A DNA stretch of 64,000 nt from the NCBI RefSeq assembly GCF_009914755.1, contig NC_060926.1; one strand, given 5' to 3'. Position numbers and translations under genes: made by a program. Of the stretch, positions 12,994 through 25,682 are shown one piece after another. Position 1 is the first letter of the stretch; each line of letters starts with the position of its first letter. The stretch is from the human T2T-CHM13v2.0 reference genome, Homo sapiens. Under the pieces are notes generated by a model. It had not been told where the DNA came from, ran no database searches, and worked only from the letters and a program-made list of their open reading frames with translations.

Positions 12994-14173
12994 TGTATTC
13001 ACCAATCAGGAAGCTCCGCTGAGCTTCAGTGTCCAGAGTTGTTTTTTTAATTGGTATAGCATTACACAGGCATGAGTGATTAAATCACTGGCCAAGGATG
13101 TAACTCAATCTCTGGCTCTCCTTTTCTCAGAGGTTGAACTGGCTCAATGTTCCAACCCTCTCATCACATGGCTGGCTGGTCTTTCCAATGACTAGTCCCC
13201 ATCCTGAAGCTACCTAGGGGCTCACTTTGAGTCATCTCATTAGCATAAACTCAGGTGGGATCCAGGGGATTCATGAATAACAAAGACTGTTCTACCACTT
13301 GGCAAATTCCAAGGGTTTTAGAAGCTCTGTGCCAGGAACCTGGGACGAAGACCGGACACGTTCTTCCTTACACAATAAGAGGCTCCTGAATCATGAAACA
13401 GCAGATATTCCCACAATGGAGGTTCACAGAGCCCCAAGGAAGAGAATGTAGAGAATGAATACTTGAAAGTAGAGTGTTAGAGACCATTAACGGTTAGGGG
13501 CCAGGAGAAGAGAGACATTTGGCTTACTTACTAAAATACTCACATTTGACCATTTCTTAGTTCTAGCACCTTTGAGACTGGGTTGTCTGTATCAGTTAGG
13601 TATTGACGGGTAGCCTTCTTTAATTATTTCAACACTGACAAACCAACAGTAGGGCCTATATGCTCACCGTTTTTATTATACTTAGTTTGCAGTTTTTCTC
13701 CGTTGTGCTAAATCCACAGAAATATTATATGTCCAGCCAGAATTCTGGTACATACTTGTGTTGGCAATTCTCTTTGCAATCCTTTTAAAATCCTTCGCTA
13801 AGGTTTTCATAATCAAGTGATACAAATGCAATCAAGCATATGATGTACCACAACATAGGATGTACTAAGTTATGACTACATAGATTTGAAATATCTATAA
13901 GGCACATGAAATGGGCATGACTTTTCATCACAATTGGGCTTGCAAGAGCTGTCATATTATTTTATTTTATTTAAATCTGACTTAGAAACCCCATCCACTG
14001 ACCCCATTGTAGAGAATTTAATTCTTGCTTATTATCAGACCTTTTTCTTCACTCCCCACCCTCAGAGTCATTACAACAAAATATCTGTGAGGCCATCCCC
14101 ATATCTGCCCCATACTAGCAACTACTAATAAATTCACTGTCAGAGACCACATGAGTCCTTAAATCCAGGGGCT

Positions 14174-14900
14174 TTATTAAGGAAATACAAATTAAAACCA
14201 CTAAGAGATAACACTACACGCCTATTACAATGGCAATAATAGGAAATTACTGAGATACCAAGTACAGTTGAGGCTGCAGAACAACTGGAACCCTCATACG
14301 TTGCTGATGGAAACGTAAAATGGTGCAGCAGCTCTGGAAAAGTGTGGCAATTTTTTATAAACTTAAACAGGAGGGCATATGACCAGAAATTCTAATCCTG
14401 GATAATTACCATGAAATAAAATCTTATGTTCACACCAAAATCTGTGGATGAATGTTTATAGCAACTTTATGTGTGCTCATCAAAAGCTGGAAACAACCCA
14501 AATGCCCTTCAAAGGGGGAGGGGATAAACAGACTGTGGTGCATCCATACTATGGAATACTACTCAGCCATAAAAAGAAATAGCTAGCGATGCACACAACA
14601 TGGATGAATCTCAAAGACATGCTAAGTGAGAGGAGTCAGTCTCAAAAGGATACACACTGTATTATTCCATTTATTTGATATTCTCTGTAAGACAGAACTA
14701 TAGTGATGGAAAACGAATCAATGGTTTCTAGGGGTTACGGGTGGGGGCAGGCTGTGACTGTAAAGGGGCAAAAGGGGGCTTTGAGAGGGTGACGGAACTG
14801 TTCTGTATCTTGATTACATGAATCTCTAGGACACATTAATCTATGTTAAAATGTATAGATCTGAACAAAACAGTTGATTTTACTATAAAATAATTTTTAT
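14174..14900 (+). mobile_element. L1MD-like LINE 3' end
   Basis: ORF2 end and 3'UTR (aaatacaaattaaaaccac..atggaatactactcagccataaaaag..gtgacggaactgttctgtatcttgatt). Confidence 0.75.
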
Positions 14901-15067
14901 TTTTTATTATTTAAAAAGATTTTTATATGATCATTTTTTAATAAAACGTAAAAACAAAACCTATCCAAGGGCATGTTCCTTCTATGCCATATTTGGGTGC
15001 AAAACTACAGGTTCTGGGGCTCCAGTGCCTGGGGTCAGTCTCCCTAGGCACAGAGGGCATTTCCCTT

Positions 15068-15106
15068 AAACAAAACAAAACAAAACAAAACAAAACAAAA
15101 CAAAAC
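15068..15106. repeat. (CAAAA)n pentanucleotide repeat
   Basis: About 7 perfect units. Confidence 0.95.
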
Positions 15107-15434
15107 CCCTGCTACTTCCCAGAGGGGAACAAGAGAGACTGTGGACCTTGCCCTGCTTTACAGAATGTTCACCCTCTCTGACAGTCTTTGGCCTACTCTT
15201 CTCCAGTCTCTTCCTTGTCAGGGGACACACTTGCTTAGTTTTCACAGACTTTCAGGAAAGCCAGAAAGAGAAGTTGTTTCAAGCAGTTTCTGCTTTCAGC
15301 TCTTCAAATAACCCTGAAGCAAGAAGTACAAAGGCTGTGACCTCTTCTAGGAAAGAGAAAGGAGGAAATAAAGAGAATAAAACACAAATGTTACTTATCC
15401 ATGAAAAGCACTGTGAAAGCATTGTTCACAACCC

Positions 15435-15712
15435 AGCTGGGCGCGGTGGCTCATGCCTGTAATCCCAGCACTTTGCAAGGCCAATGCAGGTGGATCACCT
15501 GAGGTCAGGAGTTTGAGACCAGCTTGGCCAACATGGCAAAACCCCCTCTCTACTAAAACGAAAAAAATTAGCTGGGTGTGGTGGCAGACACCTGTAATTC
15601 CAGCTACTCAGGAGGCTGAGACAGGAGAATTGCTTGAATCCGGGAGCTGAGATTGCGCCACTGCACTCCAGTCTGGGCAATAGAGCGAGACTCTGTCTCA
15701 AAAAAAGAAAAC
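15435..15712 (+). mobile_element. AluS (Sx/Sq-like) with a short right-arm deletion
   Basis: Dimeric Alu; right arm reads gaatccgggag|ctgagattg; flanks share aaagcattg. Confidence 0.9.
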
Positions 15713-16031
15713 GAAAAGCATTGCGCACATAATGTGCACGTGTGCGTGTAAGTTTATGTGAATTAACCAAGGAACAGAAGGCAACCAAAGGTGAAGCAGG
15801 GAGGGACAAAATCACCCAGGAGCACCCGTCCCTGACAGTGTAAAGGAGACAGCTCACCTGCTGGGAAATGAGTGACATTTGAAGATCATCAGGCCAAGCT
15901 AAATCCACATCTCTGGCCCAATGGTTGGAAAGGGGCCAGCAAGCGCCTTGTGTAGACCAATACCAGGACTTGCCCTAAGACTGAAGATATGCAATATGGC
16001 AAACAGCCACAGAGATTAAAAGGAGAATTGA

Positions 16032-16324
16032 GGCTGGGCACTGTGGCTCACACTGGTAATCCCACCCTTTTGGGAGGCAGAGGCAAGAGGATCACTTGAA
16101 GCCAGGTGTTTGAGGCCAGCCTGGGCAACATAGTGAGATCCCCATCTCTATAAAAATTTTAAAAACTAGCCAGGTGTCATATCTCAGGCCTGTACTTCTT
16201 GTTGCCTGGGAGGCTGAGGCTGGAGGCTCGCTTGAGCCCAGGAGTTCAAGGCTGCAATGAGCTATGATCACACCACTGCACTCCAGCTTGGACAACGAAT
16301 GAGACCCTTTCTCTAAATAAAAAA
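16032..16324 (+). mobile_element. AluJ
   Basis: J diagnostics: gggcaacatagtgaga, gcttgagcccaggagttcaaggctgca, gagctatgatc. Confidence 0.9.
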
Positions 16325-16880
16325 CAGGAGATGGGGATATTGGCCAGGGCTAAGCTTCATTGTGTCTACACAAAGGTGTCAGAGGAGACACACAAGTGAG
16401 ACTGAAATCCAACCCAATCCAACCCACACTCTGCCTTCCAAGCCATGAGTCTCATGATATTGAAATATGGCAGAGCGATTTAACATAAAAGTTTTTAAAT
16501 TCAGAAAACACTTTAGAAAGATTACATATATTCTAGTTGAATTAGAATAATTAGGCACATAACTTTGCCCCCAAACTTTCTGAAAACCAAGAGGAAAGAA
16601 AAATCTCATTGAAACCTTCACCTCCTAATTATTCAATAAAAGGAAATCTTTAAGTTATTTTATAGAAGCAAGCTATACTAGAAATAAGTATCACTGGATT
16701 TTACTAAAGGGGGCTTTGAGAAATATAATGTATAGTGTTATTGGTTACAAAATATACAAAGGCATTCTTCAAATGAACATTTCCTGCATCTACCTTCTAA
16801 AATGTCAACATAAGGAACAAAGATAACATCTGGACATATTCCTTTCTAATTTTCTGAATTAATAACAAGATTAAATGCAG

Positions 16881-17189
16881 GGCCAGGCACCAGCAGCTCA
16901 CGCCTGTAATCCCAGTGCTTTGGGACGCTGAAACAGGTGGATCACTTGAGGCCAGGAGTTTGAGAACAGCCTGGACAACATGGTGAAACCCCATCTCCAC
17001 TAAAAACACAAAAATTAGCCAGGCGTGGTGGCACACACCTGTAATCACAGCTATTCGGGAGGCTGAGGCAAGAGAAATCACTTGAACTCAGGAGGTGGAG
17101 GTTGCAGAGAGCCAAGATTGTGCCACTGCACTCCAACCTGGCAACAGGGCGAGACTTCTTCTCAAAAAAAAAAAAAAAAAAAAAAAAAG
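16881..17189 (+). mobile_element. AluS (Sz-like)
   Basis: Full dimer with poly-A, 15-bp TSD CAAGATTAAATGCAG at 16866-16880 and 17190-17204. Confidence 0.93.
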
Positions 17190-17280
17190 CAAGATTAAAT
17201 GCAGAAAACACAGCATTCAATGGGCCACTAACACATGGAATTTTCAAAGTAGTCACATATCCACAGGCACACTAAACACT

Positions 17281-17785
17281 TGCAGGACAGCTCTCTGGGT
17301 GGCCTCAAACCTTCCCCTTTCTCACTTGTTCTCAAGAATAATTGTAGAATGTGCAGGGAATGCAACAACCTGAGATAAGGATGAATTGGCTGGAAGAGCT
17401 TGGGCTCTGTTTCTGTCCCTTCTAGAACAGGGTGTCCTACAACACTTGAGCCCAGCAAGTCTAATTACCCTGGGGTATAAAACCCAAGGCTGGATGCTTT
17501 TCCACATTCCTCCACTGTGGTCCAAGTAGTGCACATGCAGATGAGATTCCAGTTGCCCTGCACAGCTTTTCTGAGCCTCAAGGGACTGGCTCACCATGAA
17601 TTCTAGGCTTCTACTGTCCCTCACTGCCTATCTATAAAGTTGCTTCCCTTAACCTGTGTGCAAGCGTTCTATCTCACTGGACTCACTCAAGTGATAAAAT
17701 TGGCGCAGCTCAAGGTGCAGTGGACAGGCATTTAGAGTCCTCCCTTGGTATTGATATCCGTGCACCATGAACTGCTTGAAGCACT
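17281..17785 (+). mobile_element. ERVL-class LTR (MER70-like)
   Basis: Starts tgcaggacagctctctgggtggcc, with ttctcaagaataattgtagaatgtgc and a TATA box (gggtataaaaccc). Family name and 3' end are uncertain. Confidence 0.55.
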
Positions 17786-17849
17786 GTCTATGAATCAAAT
17801 AAATAAAAGAAAAATTCAGATCACATGATAGCTAGCAAATTATCTTTTT

Positions 17850-18465
17850 ACTTAGACAGAGAAATCCTGACTGACACATCATCTATGTAGTGCTCCAGTC
17901 AAGCCAACAATGCAAAACCTGAATCTAATCATGAATGCAAACAGCAAAACTAAAAATATGGAACATTCTATTAAAAATAGGGGTGGGGACTATATTCTCC
18001 AAAAATGTTAATATTATACAATACTAAGAAAGGCTGTAAAAATGTTCCAAGTTAAAGGAGAGATGACGACTAAATGCGGTACCTTAGCCTAGCCTGGATC
18101 CTATACTAGAAGGGAGAAATGTGCTACAAAAGGCATTGCTGGATCCATTAAGTATGATATAGATTAACTAAAAGGCATTGTATCGATGTATCACTGTATC
18201 AGTGGTTTTACATAAGAATATCCCCTATTCTTAGGAAATATACACTGAAACATTTAAAGATTAAGGTCATGATGTATGTAACATCTTTAAATGGTTCATA
18301 AAAATATTATATTGGGAAAGAGAGTGAAGCAGGACATAAATGATAAAGTAAATGAGATAAAATGTTCACAATAAATGAATCCAGGTAAGTATAGTTCTTT
18401 ATTTTCTCATTCTTGCAAATTTTCTGTAAGTTTAAAATTATTTCCACATAAAAAATCTTTTCTAA
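17850..18465 (+). mobile_element. L1MC4-like 3'UTR fragment
   Basis: aacctgaatctaatcatga..ttcttaggaaatatacactgaa..cttgcaaattttctgtaagtttaaaattatttcc. Confidence 0.7.
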
Positions 18466-20317
18466 AAATACTTTAAAATGGAATCCTAATGCTCAACAAA
18501 ATTGAGAACCACCAAGTTCAAAGTGTGAGTAGTTAACATACTTCCAGTGGAAGCCTTCTTTAGGCTGAATCACAGTAAATGTACACTTCAATTCTAAAAA
18601 GTGTCTACAAGTTTACAAACTTCATTGTTGACTGGAAAATGACCCTCACTATTTAGCTGGCAGTCAGGGAGCATTCAGTTCTGAAAACTTGGAGCCTCCC
18701 ATTCTTAGATCACCAAGCCACTTTTTCAAGGAGGTGAGTTTCTAGAATGCCTAGGGACATGATTCCTCAGCCACAGAACTTAGAAAGATTTTTAAAGTTC
18801 CATATTTCAAAGGAAAATCTCAGCTGCTTGTAAGTGTAGACTGACAAATGAAATCAGTCTTTCTTCTATGTTTTTATCTTAAGGAATAACTCTGCACTGA
18901 CTCTTCAAAGAGCCCATGATCAATTCTGACAGGCAAAGAATATTAATAAGAGTGTCAAGAAGGTGGGTCTGACGTTTGAAAATTTGATGAATTCAGAGTG
19001 GCACCAGGAGAACAACAAACTAAAATCAAACTGAGCATCATTAATCCCATTAATGTTGGGGTATTAGTTTTCCGTGTAGACGGGACACTGAATATCTAGC
19101 TCCTCATCAATGCAATCTTCTCAGTCTCCTAAGGGATACCTGAATTGGGTTAAGCAATGCCATACCATATGTCCAGAGGTGAGACCCTCACGCTGTAATA
19201 GCCTTGTAGACTATGACTTGCCTTTCATCACACCTTCAGAATTCTAAATTTTATCCCAAACTAAATCTGGATCTCCCCAAAGGAGAAGTGGGTGGAGAAG
19301 AGGAAGAGATTCTGTATTATGTTACTTCCTGAGAATGCTCTTTCATTAATCTTTGCTCGGAAGGTGCCTTTGGGTGGTTCTTGGTGCAATGAATAATGTT
19401 CACACACAATCTTTCCTGTCAAACATTATACTCACTCTAAAGTCTGCCGACAGTTTGGGAGCAGTGTCTTTTGCTATTATGTTTTCCAATTGGCTTTCTA
19501 TTTCACTTCAAGAAGTGTGGAAACACCTGATTTATAAAAGACTGGCTTAAAAAGCGTAATTTCCATTGCTTCCTTAGTAACTGCCTCAAATAAGCGGAGG
19601 AGGGCAATTTGGCTTGAACTTGCTTTGAGAAGCTTTAAGTTTAATTTATACATTGGATAGAGCTCTCCAACTCATTGAAATTCTACTTAATGCATCCTCA
19701 GAAAACACCTGAAAGACAAGAAAAATATGTGCATGACCCTATAGTTAAGGCAACAGCTGTGTGTTTGTGAATCACATCTTAAAGCAGATTTCTGTTTTTC
19801 TCCCCTACACTATCAGAACATATGAAAAACAGAATTTCAATGACTCAGAAACTATACCACAGTTGATAATTAGGCCAGTTTCTCGAAGGTACCTTAATCT
19901 TCTTATTTCCTTAAGCATCTGTCTACAGTTTGTCCATGTTATACCTGATGTATTTTCTCCAATAACCTCATTTATGGGGCATAGCTCAAAAGTCAGTAGC
20001 AGAGAACTGACAGTTTGCAAAGAGAGGAGGTTTAATTTAATATGTGCAGGCACCAGAGTCTCTTAGAAGGTGACTGGTGCCAAGAAATTTGGAAGGTCAT
20101 TATGTGGAATATCTACAGCACAGTATCTTTTGAACCTTTTTAATGGGTAAGGAGGAACATTTCTGCATAATGGTATGAGGCTCATTGTACACTTGTCCTC
20201 AATGCTGTCAGTCACCTGCATGGATCTAAGATGAGTTTTAAAAATGTAGGCTCACACTAAGCTGAACAAGCAGTTTGGAAGCTCCCCTCCACCTGAACTG
20301 CTGCGAGTTTCTTAGAA

Positions 20318-20483
20318 ATTGCTTCTCAAACTTCAGTATGCATACGAATTACCCAGGGATGTTGTTAAAATGCAGATTCCAACTCAGAAGGCCTGGGGTA
20401 GGACCTGAAGTTAGGCGTTTCCAGCAGGCCTCCAGGTGATGCTGGTGCTTCCGGTCCATTATCTACACTTTGAGTAACAAAGG
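20318..20483. mobile_element. MER5A/MER5A1 hAT DNA transposon
   Basis: gcttctcaaactt..tgttaaaatgcagattcc..ccaggtgatgctggtgc..cactttgagtaacaaagg. Confidence 0.8.
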
Positions 20484-21634
20484 CTTAGAGGAGAATGTTT
20501 CCCAAGTTTCTTTGCACATATGGCAGCAAGGACTGGGATACTGGGGTTTCTGCCAGTCTCCTGCCAAGCTGGTAGATGCTTTTTAGATTCATCCTTCGTA
20601 TTCATTCATATTTTTTTCTGTCAACCACAGAAGGTTTTTCTGTAAAAAGCAAAGATACTAAGGCAAGAATTCAAAGAATTTATTTGAATCACTGAGATAA
20701 TAGTCTTGTGCTTTACTTTGGTATTAAGGACCTGATTTTTTGCGGGGTGGGAGGAGAGGAGAGTGAAGCTTTTAATCCCAAATACTACAGCATGCACATA
20801 GTAATTTAGAAAAGTGAGCAGCAAAACTTGCACGAGGATGATTTTGCTGTGTTCTATGATTTTGTTCTCAAGTAAATAATGAGGCCGGTGTGGGATTGCC
20901 ACGTTTTGCCATAATTTAGACAATTGTTTCCATGTGCGGAAGTTGAGTCAGGATTCTCTATTTGCTGCATTTATCATTCCCTTTTCATTATTTCATCAGG
21001 GAAATGTATACTTTCATATAGGTCCAGATCACATCACATGGACGTGTTAGGGATACCAAATTTGACAACAACTCAGACTTTTGAGATTTTTAAGGAACGG
21101 TTTTTCAGTTCTGAGTGTTCCTTTTTAGCCTTCTCAAGCATTTTTCATCTGCTCCTTTTGGAGTGTGATCATGTATGAATTCCCAGCACCAAAATAGCCC
21201 ATTCTAAGTGTGCATGTGTATTAGTGGTAGGTTTTGGGGGAGGGCAGTAGTGGTCAAAGCCTGGGACAGTTGGACTCCAGAGGGTCCACACCAAAGTTGC
21301 AATGTCGTGGTCATAAACCAACACGGACTTACAACCTCATAATACTTTATAAAGTTTATAAAGTTCTTTTATTGTGTGTTTTGATCCTGACAATAAAATA
21401 CTAAGGTTAAAAATGGCAACCCCTCTTTACTAGTTTGATTCTAACATAATGAAGGATGCATGGAGTTACCTGAGGCTGTAAACTCTTGCAACTACAGACA
21501 ATCCCCATTACAGCTAAACCAGCTAAACAGACAGAGTTACCCTTATGAAGATCGGCTTATTAAATATTTGTGTAGCACTGATTTACCTTGAGCCAAAACA
21601 AAAGACTTCTCTTCTCCCCCCATTTTACGTAATT

Positions 21635-21856
21635 AATAGTAATAAGAGCTAACAGTCACTGAAAGTTTACCACACATCAGACACTGTTCATGTTAAATAT
21701 AATCCAATCCTTACATCATCCTATGTGGTGTATACCATTATTAGCCTCGTTTTACCCATGAGGAATTTGAGATTTAAATAAGCCACGCACTCGGCTAACA
21801 GTTAGAATCAAGATTCACATATAGACAGACGAATTCAGAGGCTGCATTTCTAACCA
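21635..21856 (-). mobile_element. MIR SINE
   Basis: Antisense MIR (taataagagctaac..ccattattagcctcgttttacccatgaggaa). Confidence 0.65.
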
Positions 21857-23233
21857 GGAAGTGAATTATCTTCATCTTGGAAGGAAGTTTGAGATGTATT
21901 TAATTGGCAACAAACAAAGGATATGCCTTATGCTTGCTTAGGACTTTATAATTTTCACCACAGTCCAGCCCTGGAAGCTCTGAACCCTTCCAGTAACATT
22001 GTGTCCAGAGCACTGAGCTTAACAACATCTGAATGTACTCCAGCTAATGCTTTGGACATCTCAGCATACTTTCCCGTCCTTTGTCTTGTGCTGTAACAGG
22101 AAAATGTTCCATATTCTTTCAAAGAAAAAATACCCTCATGAAATCTGATTAACATTCATTCATTCATTCTCTACCACCACAACCAATGAGATTGGGTTTA
22201 TGAAGGATACTTGCGACTCCAACGTTGCTAAAGACAACGGCAACTTCTCGGTTCTCACCTTGTTTAACCTCATCACTTGACATTGCTGGTCACTCCCTCC
22301 TCCTTGAAATACTGTCCTTAATAGCCTTCCAGGAAACCACACCTTCCCGGTCTTCCTCCTACCTTTTGGGCTATATAATGTTTCAGTCTCTGTTGCTTGC
22401 TCCTTTCATCTCCCCGACCTTTAAACATCAGAGTGCTTGAACCTCCTCTCTTTTCAATCATGTCCTTGGTGATCTCGACCAATCTCAAAGCTGAGTCTTA
22501 TTGTATACATGTATGTCTCCAGCCTATACACCTTCTTGAGTGTCAAACTTGTGCATCCAACAGCCTGCTCTTAGATGTCTAATGGGCATCTCAAGCTTAT
22601 TATGCCCAAAACTGAACTTGTGATTTTCTCTGAGTCTGTCCATTAGCAGTCCTCCATCTCGTAAGTGGCAAGTCTATTCTTTCAGCTGTTTAAGCCAATT
22701 TTACAATCATTCTCTTTCTCTCACTCATATCCAATCTATCACAATATCGCACTCTTAAAAATACATATCCTAACTACCTGTTGACTCTATTTCAAAATAT
22801 TCCCAAATGTTTTACCATTCATATTGTTACCATCCTAGTCCAAGTTTCTCCCTTTGATTAGAAAAATATCCTCCTTCTTGGTCTCCATGCTCCCACCCTT
22901 GCCCCACTACAGTCCATTCTGAATGTAGCAGTTGAATTGATGCTCCATAAATCTGAGTCAGATCATCCCCCATCCCACTCAGAACTTTCCAATTTCACTC
23001 AGAGGAAAGGCCCAAATTCTTCCCATGGTCTACAAGCCCCTACACAATCTATATTTCTGCAACAGCCCCCTAACTGTTCCTGATTCATACCAGGTACACA
23101 AGGCCTTCCTTCCCATTAGGGCTTTTGCAGTTACATTTTCTCCTACCTTGAATAATCTTTCACTAGACATTGTGATGGCTCCCTTACTACCTTTAGGGTT
23201 TTGCTTAAATGTCGCCCTCTCAATATGGCCTTC

Positions 23234-23743
23234 TGTTCCAGTTACTTTTGTGCCATAACAAATGTCCTCAAAACTCAGTTGTTAAAAAAACAATCATTCT
23301 TATATGTTCAAGGATTCTGTGGGTTAGGAACTCAGCAAGGGCACAGTGAGAATAGCTGAGGGTGACATCACAGCTGGGAGTTGAAAACTGACTCACTCAC
23401 AAGTCTAGCAATTGTGTCAGTGGATACCTCAACCAGAACACCTATATGTGGCCTCTCCATAGCTCTGTGGGCTTCCTGGCTGCATGGTGGCTGAGTTCCA
23501 AGAGTATGTCTCAAAGAGCAGCAGGCAGATGCTGTATCACCTTTTATGACCCAGCCTCAGAAGTGACACAGTATCTCTTTCACCAGAGCCATAAACTCAC
23601 ACAGATGGAAGGAGAGGAACAGAGAACCCCACTCCTCCCCCAACCCACCATCTAATGGGAGAAGTTTCAAAGTCACACTGTGAGGAAAGCATGTGGGATG
23701 GGTGATATCATGTTGCCATCTTTAGACATTACAATCTGGCACA
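23234..23743 (-). mobile_element. MLT1F-type MaLR solo LTR
   Basis: TG..CA bounded, motif ttttatgacccagcctcagaagtgacaca, TSD CCTTC at 23229-23233 and 23744-23748. Confidence 0.8.
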
Positions 23744-23845
23744 CCTTCCCTACTCATTTTATTTTAAGTTGCAACCACTCTCAGCCCTCAGCCTCTTCCA
23801 CCTCAACACCGTCTACTCCCTTTCCTTTATTTTCCCCAGAGCATT

Positions 23846-24293
23846 TGTATTAGTCTCCTGTTGCTGCTGTAACAAATTATCACAAACTTAGTGGCTTCCA
23901 ACAACACAAATTTATGTCCTTACAGTTCTGTAAGTTTGAAATCTGAAATCCGTTTCACTAGGCTAAAATCAAGGTGTAAACAGGGCTGCATCCCTTCTGG
24001 GCGCCATAGGGGAGAATTTGATTCCAGCCTTTCCCAGCTTCCATTGGCTTCCTGCATCCCTTGGCTGGTGGGCTTACATCACTCTTACTTCTGCTTCCAT
24101 CATCACCTCTCCTTCTTATAAGGACCCTTTAGATTATGTTGGGCCCACCTGGATAATCCAGGTAAACTCTCCACCTCAAAATTCTTAACTTAGTTACATC
24201 CGTAAAGTCTCTTGTGGCAAATAAGGGAACATATTTATAGGTTCAGGGATTAGGAAGTGGACATCTTTGGGGCCCATTATTCAGCCTACCAGA
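23846..24293 (-). mobile_element. MLT1C/D-type MaLR solo LTR
   Basis: tgtattagt..gctgctgtaacaaattatcacaaacttagtggctt..ccattattcagcctacca; TSD gcatt/gcagt. Confidence 0.82.
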
Positions 24294-25004
24294 GCAGTTA
24301 ATCACCATTTGACACATTACATATTTTACATATTTGTTTATGTCCTGTTTAGTAGAACATAGTCTTCATCAGAGAAAAGAGTGCTCTCTTTGTTGTTGTT
24401 GTGTCCCATGAGCCTAGTAAAGTCCCTGGCATCTGTTAAAAACTCAATATATATTTGTTGAAGAATTATTTTGTCAAATAAGTGATCCATAAATATTATT
24501 GAGTGCCTACTATGTGCAGGATAATGTAGCCACACTGAAGTCTTGTTAAAACTGATTTTCCAGAGTGTTCTAAACACTCTGTACCCATAGAGAAAACCAC
24601 ATGTGTGATTCATCGAAATAAAAAGTCAAGGGTCTAGCCCATAACCACAATAAAAAAAAATCTTTTCCATTTCTTTTTGGACATTGTACAAAAAGTTATT
24701 GTCTCTGTCATAATAAGAGCGCAGTCTGAATCTCTGTCATCTTCCTATCCCAGTTACTCGTCCTAAATGAAAAGGGAAGACATGGGGATGGCAGAGGATT
24801 CGGACCCTGGGTCTTAATTACCTACACAGGGGTTGGGCACTGCTACTTATTTGATCTTAATTGAGCGGCCCTATGGCCCTGCTTGCGGTTTTGTTTCCAT
24901 AACATTCCATGATATTTCTCCAGACAGTACACAAATAAAAATGGTTTGTGTTTCAACTGAATTTCCTGATTCTTTGTGAATCAAGCCAGATGTGTGGAAA
25001 TGTC

Positions 25005-25026
25005 TGTGTGTGTGTGTGTGTGTGTG
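25005..25026. repeat. (TG)11 microsatellite
   Basis: Read directly from the sequence. Confidence 0.9.
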
Positions 25027-25519
25027 CGTTTAGACACTGATCCATATGCTTGCACGGATACGAATTCTGTGACCTTCTGTTCTTTCTTTTCCTTGATGAT
25101 TCCTACACACAACCTCATAAGGCACATCTCATAATTAACTTGGATCTGTTTCAATCATGAATTTTTCAAAAGATCATAATCATCATGGTTTCCATGTCCA
25201 TTCAGAAAACAATATAGCCGCATATGTCCATAAATGACCCGCATAGAATCTGCCCTTATCCATTTTGTTTTGGAACATGAGCCAAATTGGACTTATTTCT
25301 ATTCACTTCAGATGTAATAACTTAGCCTGTTACTAAACATCACATAAAAAGCAGAATCTCAAAGCAAAAAACAGAAGCAAATACAGTTTTCTGTGTTAAC
25401 TAGAGTTAGAGAATACAGGGAAAGGAAACAAAGAGTAGTTAAGAGCTTTTATTTCTCTTTAGGCTCAGTTTTCCCAGCTGTGAAGTGGGCACACTAAAAT
25501 CTTTCTTGGCAACTTACTT

Positions 25520-25682
25520 GGCCTTTATACACTTGACTCCTTTATCCATAAAACTGATACGGTAATAATAATACCTACCCAGGAGAGGAGCTGAAAGATG
25601 AAATTAGTTTCAGATGCAAATTACTTATTTAAATGGCTGGCGCTTAGTAAACGTTCAATGTGTTGAATCCACTATTATTATT
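25520..25682 (+). mobile_element. MIR fragment
   Basis: aataataatacctacc..ctggcgcttagtaaacgttcaat..ctattatta. Confidence 0.5.

Larger units (their letters stand above)
11690..13374 (-). mobile_element. MER21-family LTR split by MER50 and an Alu monomer
   Basis: Reverse complement of 13300-13374 matches the MER21 5' end (ggtcttcgtcccaggttcctggcacagagcttctaaaacccttggaattt). Flanks rejoin across both inserts. Confidence 0.75.
22165..24467 (+). mobile_element. L2a LINE (RT region to 3' end), split by two MaLR LTRs
   Basis: L2 ORF2 remnants (gtcactccctcctccttgaaatact, gatgtctaatgggcatctcaa) and 3' terminus (ctcaatatatatttgttgaa) on either side of the inserts. Confidence 0.8.

Noticed and set aside
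19805-20053. 82-aa minus-strand ORF in unique DNA
   Set aside because: No recognisable homology and only weak splice signals; this length is expected by chance.
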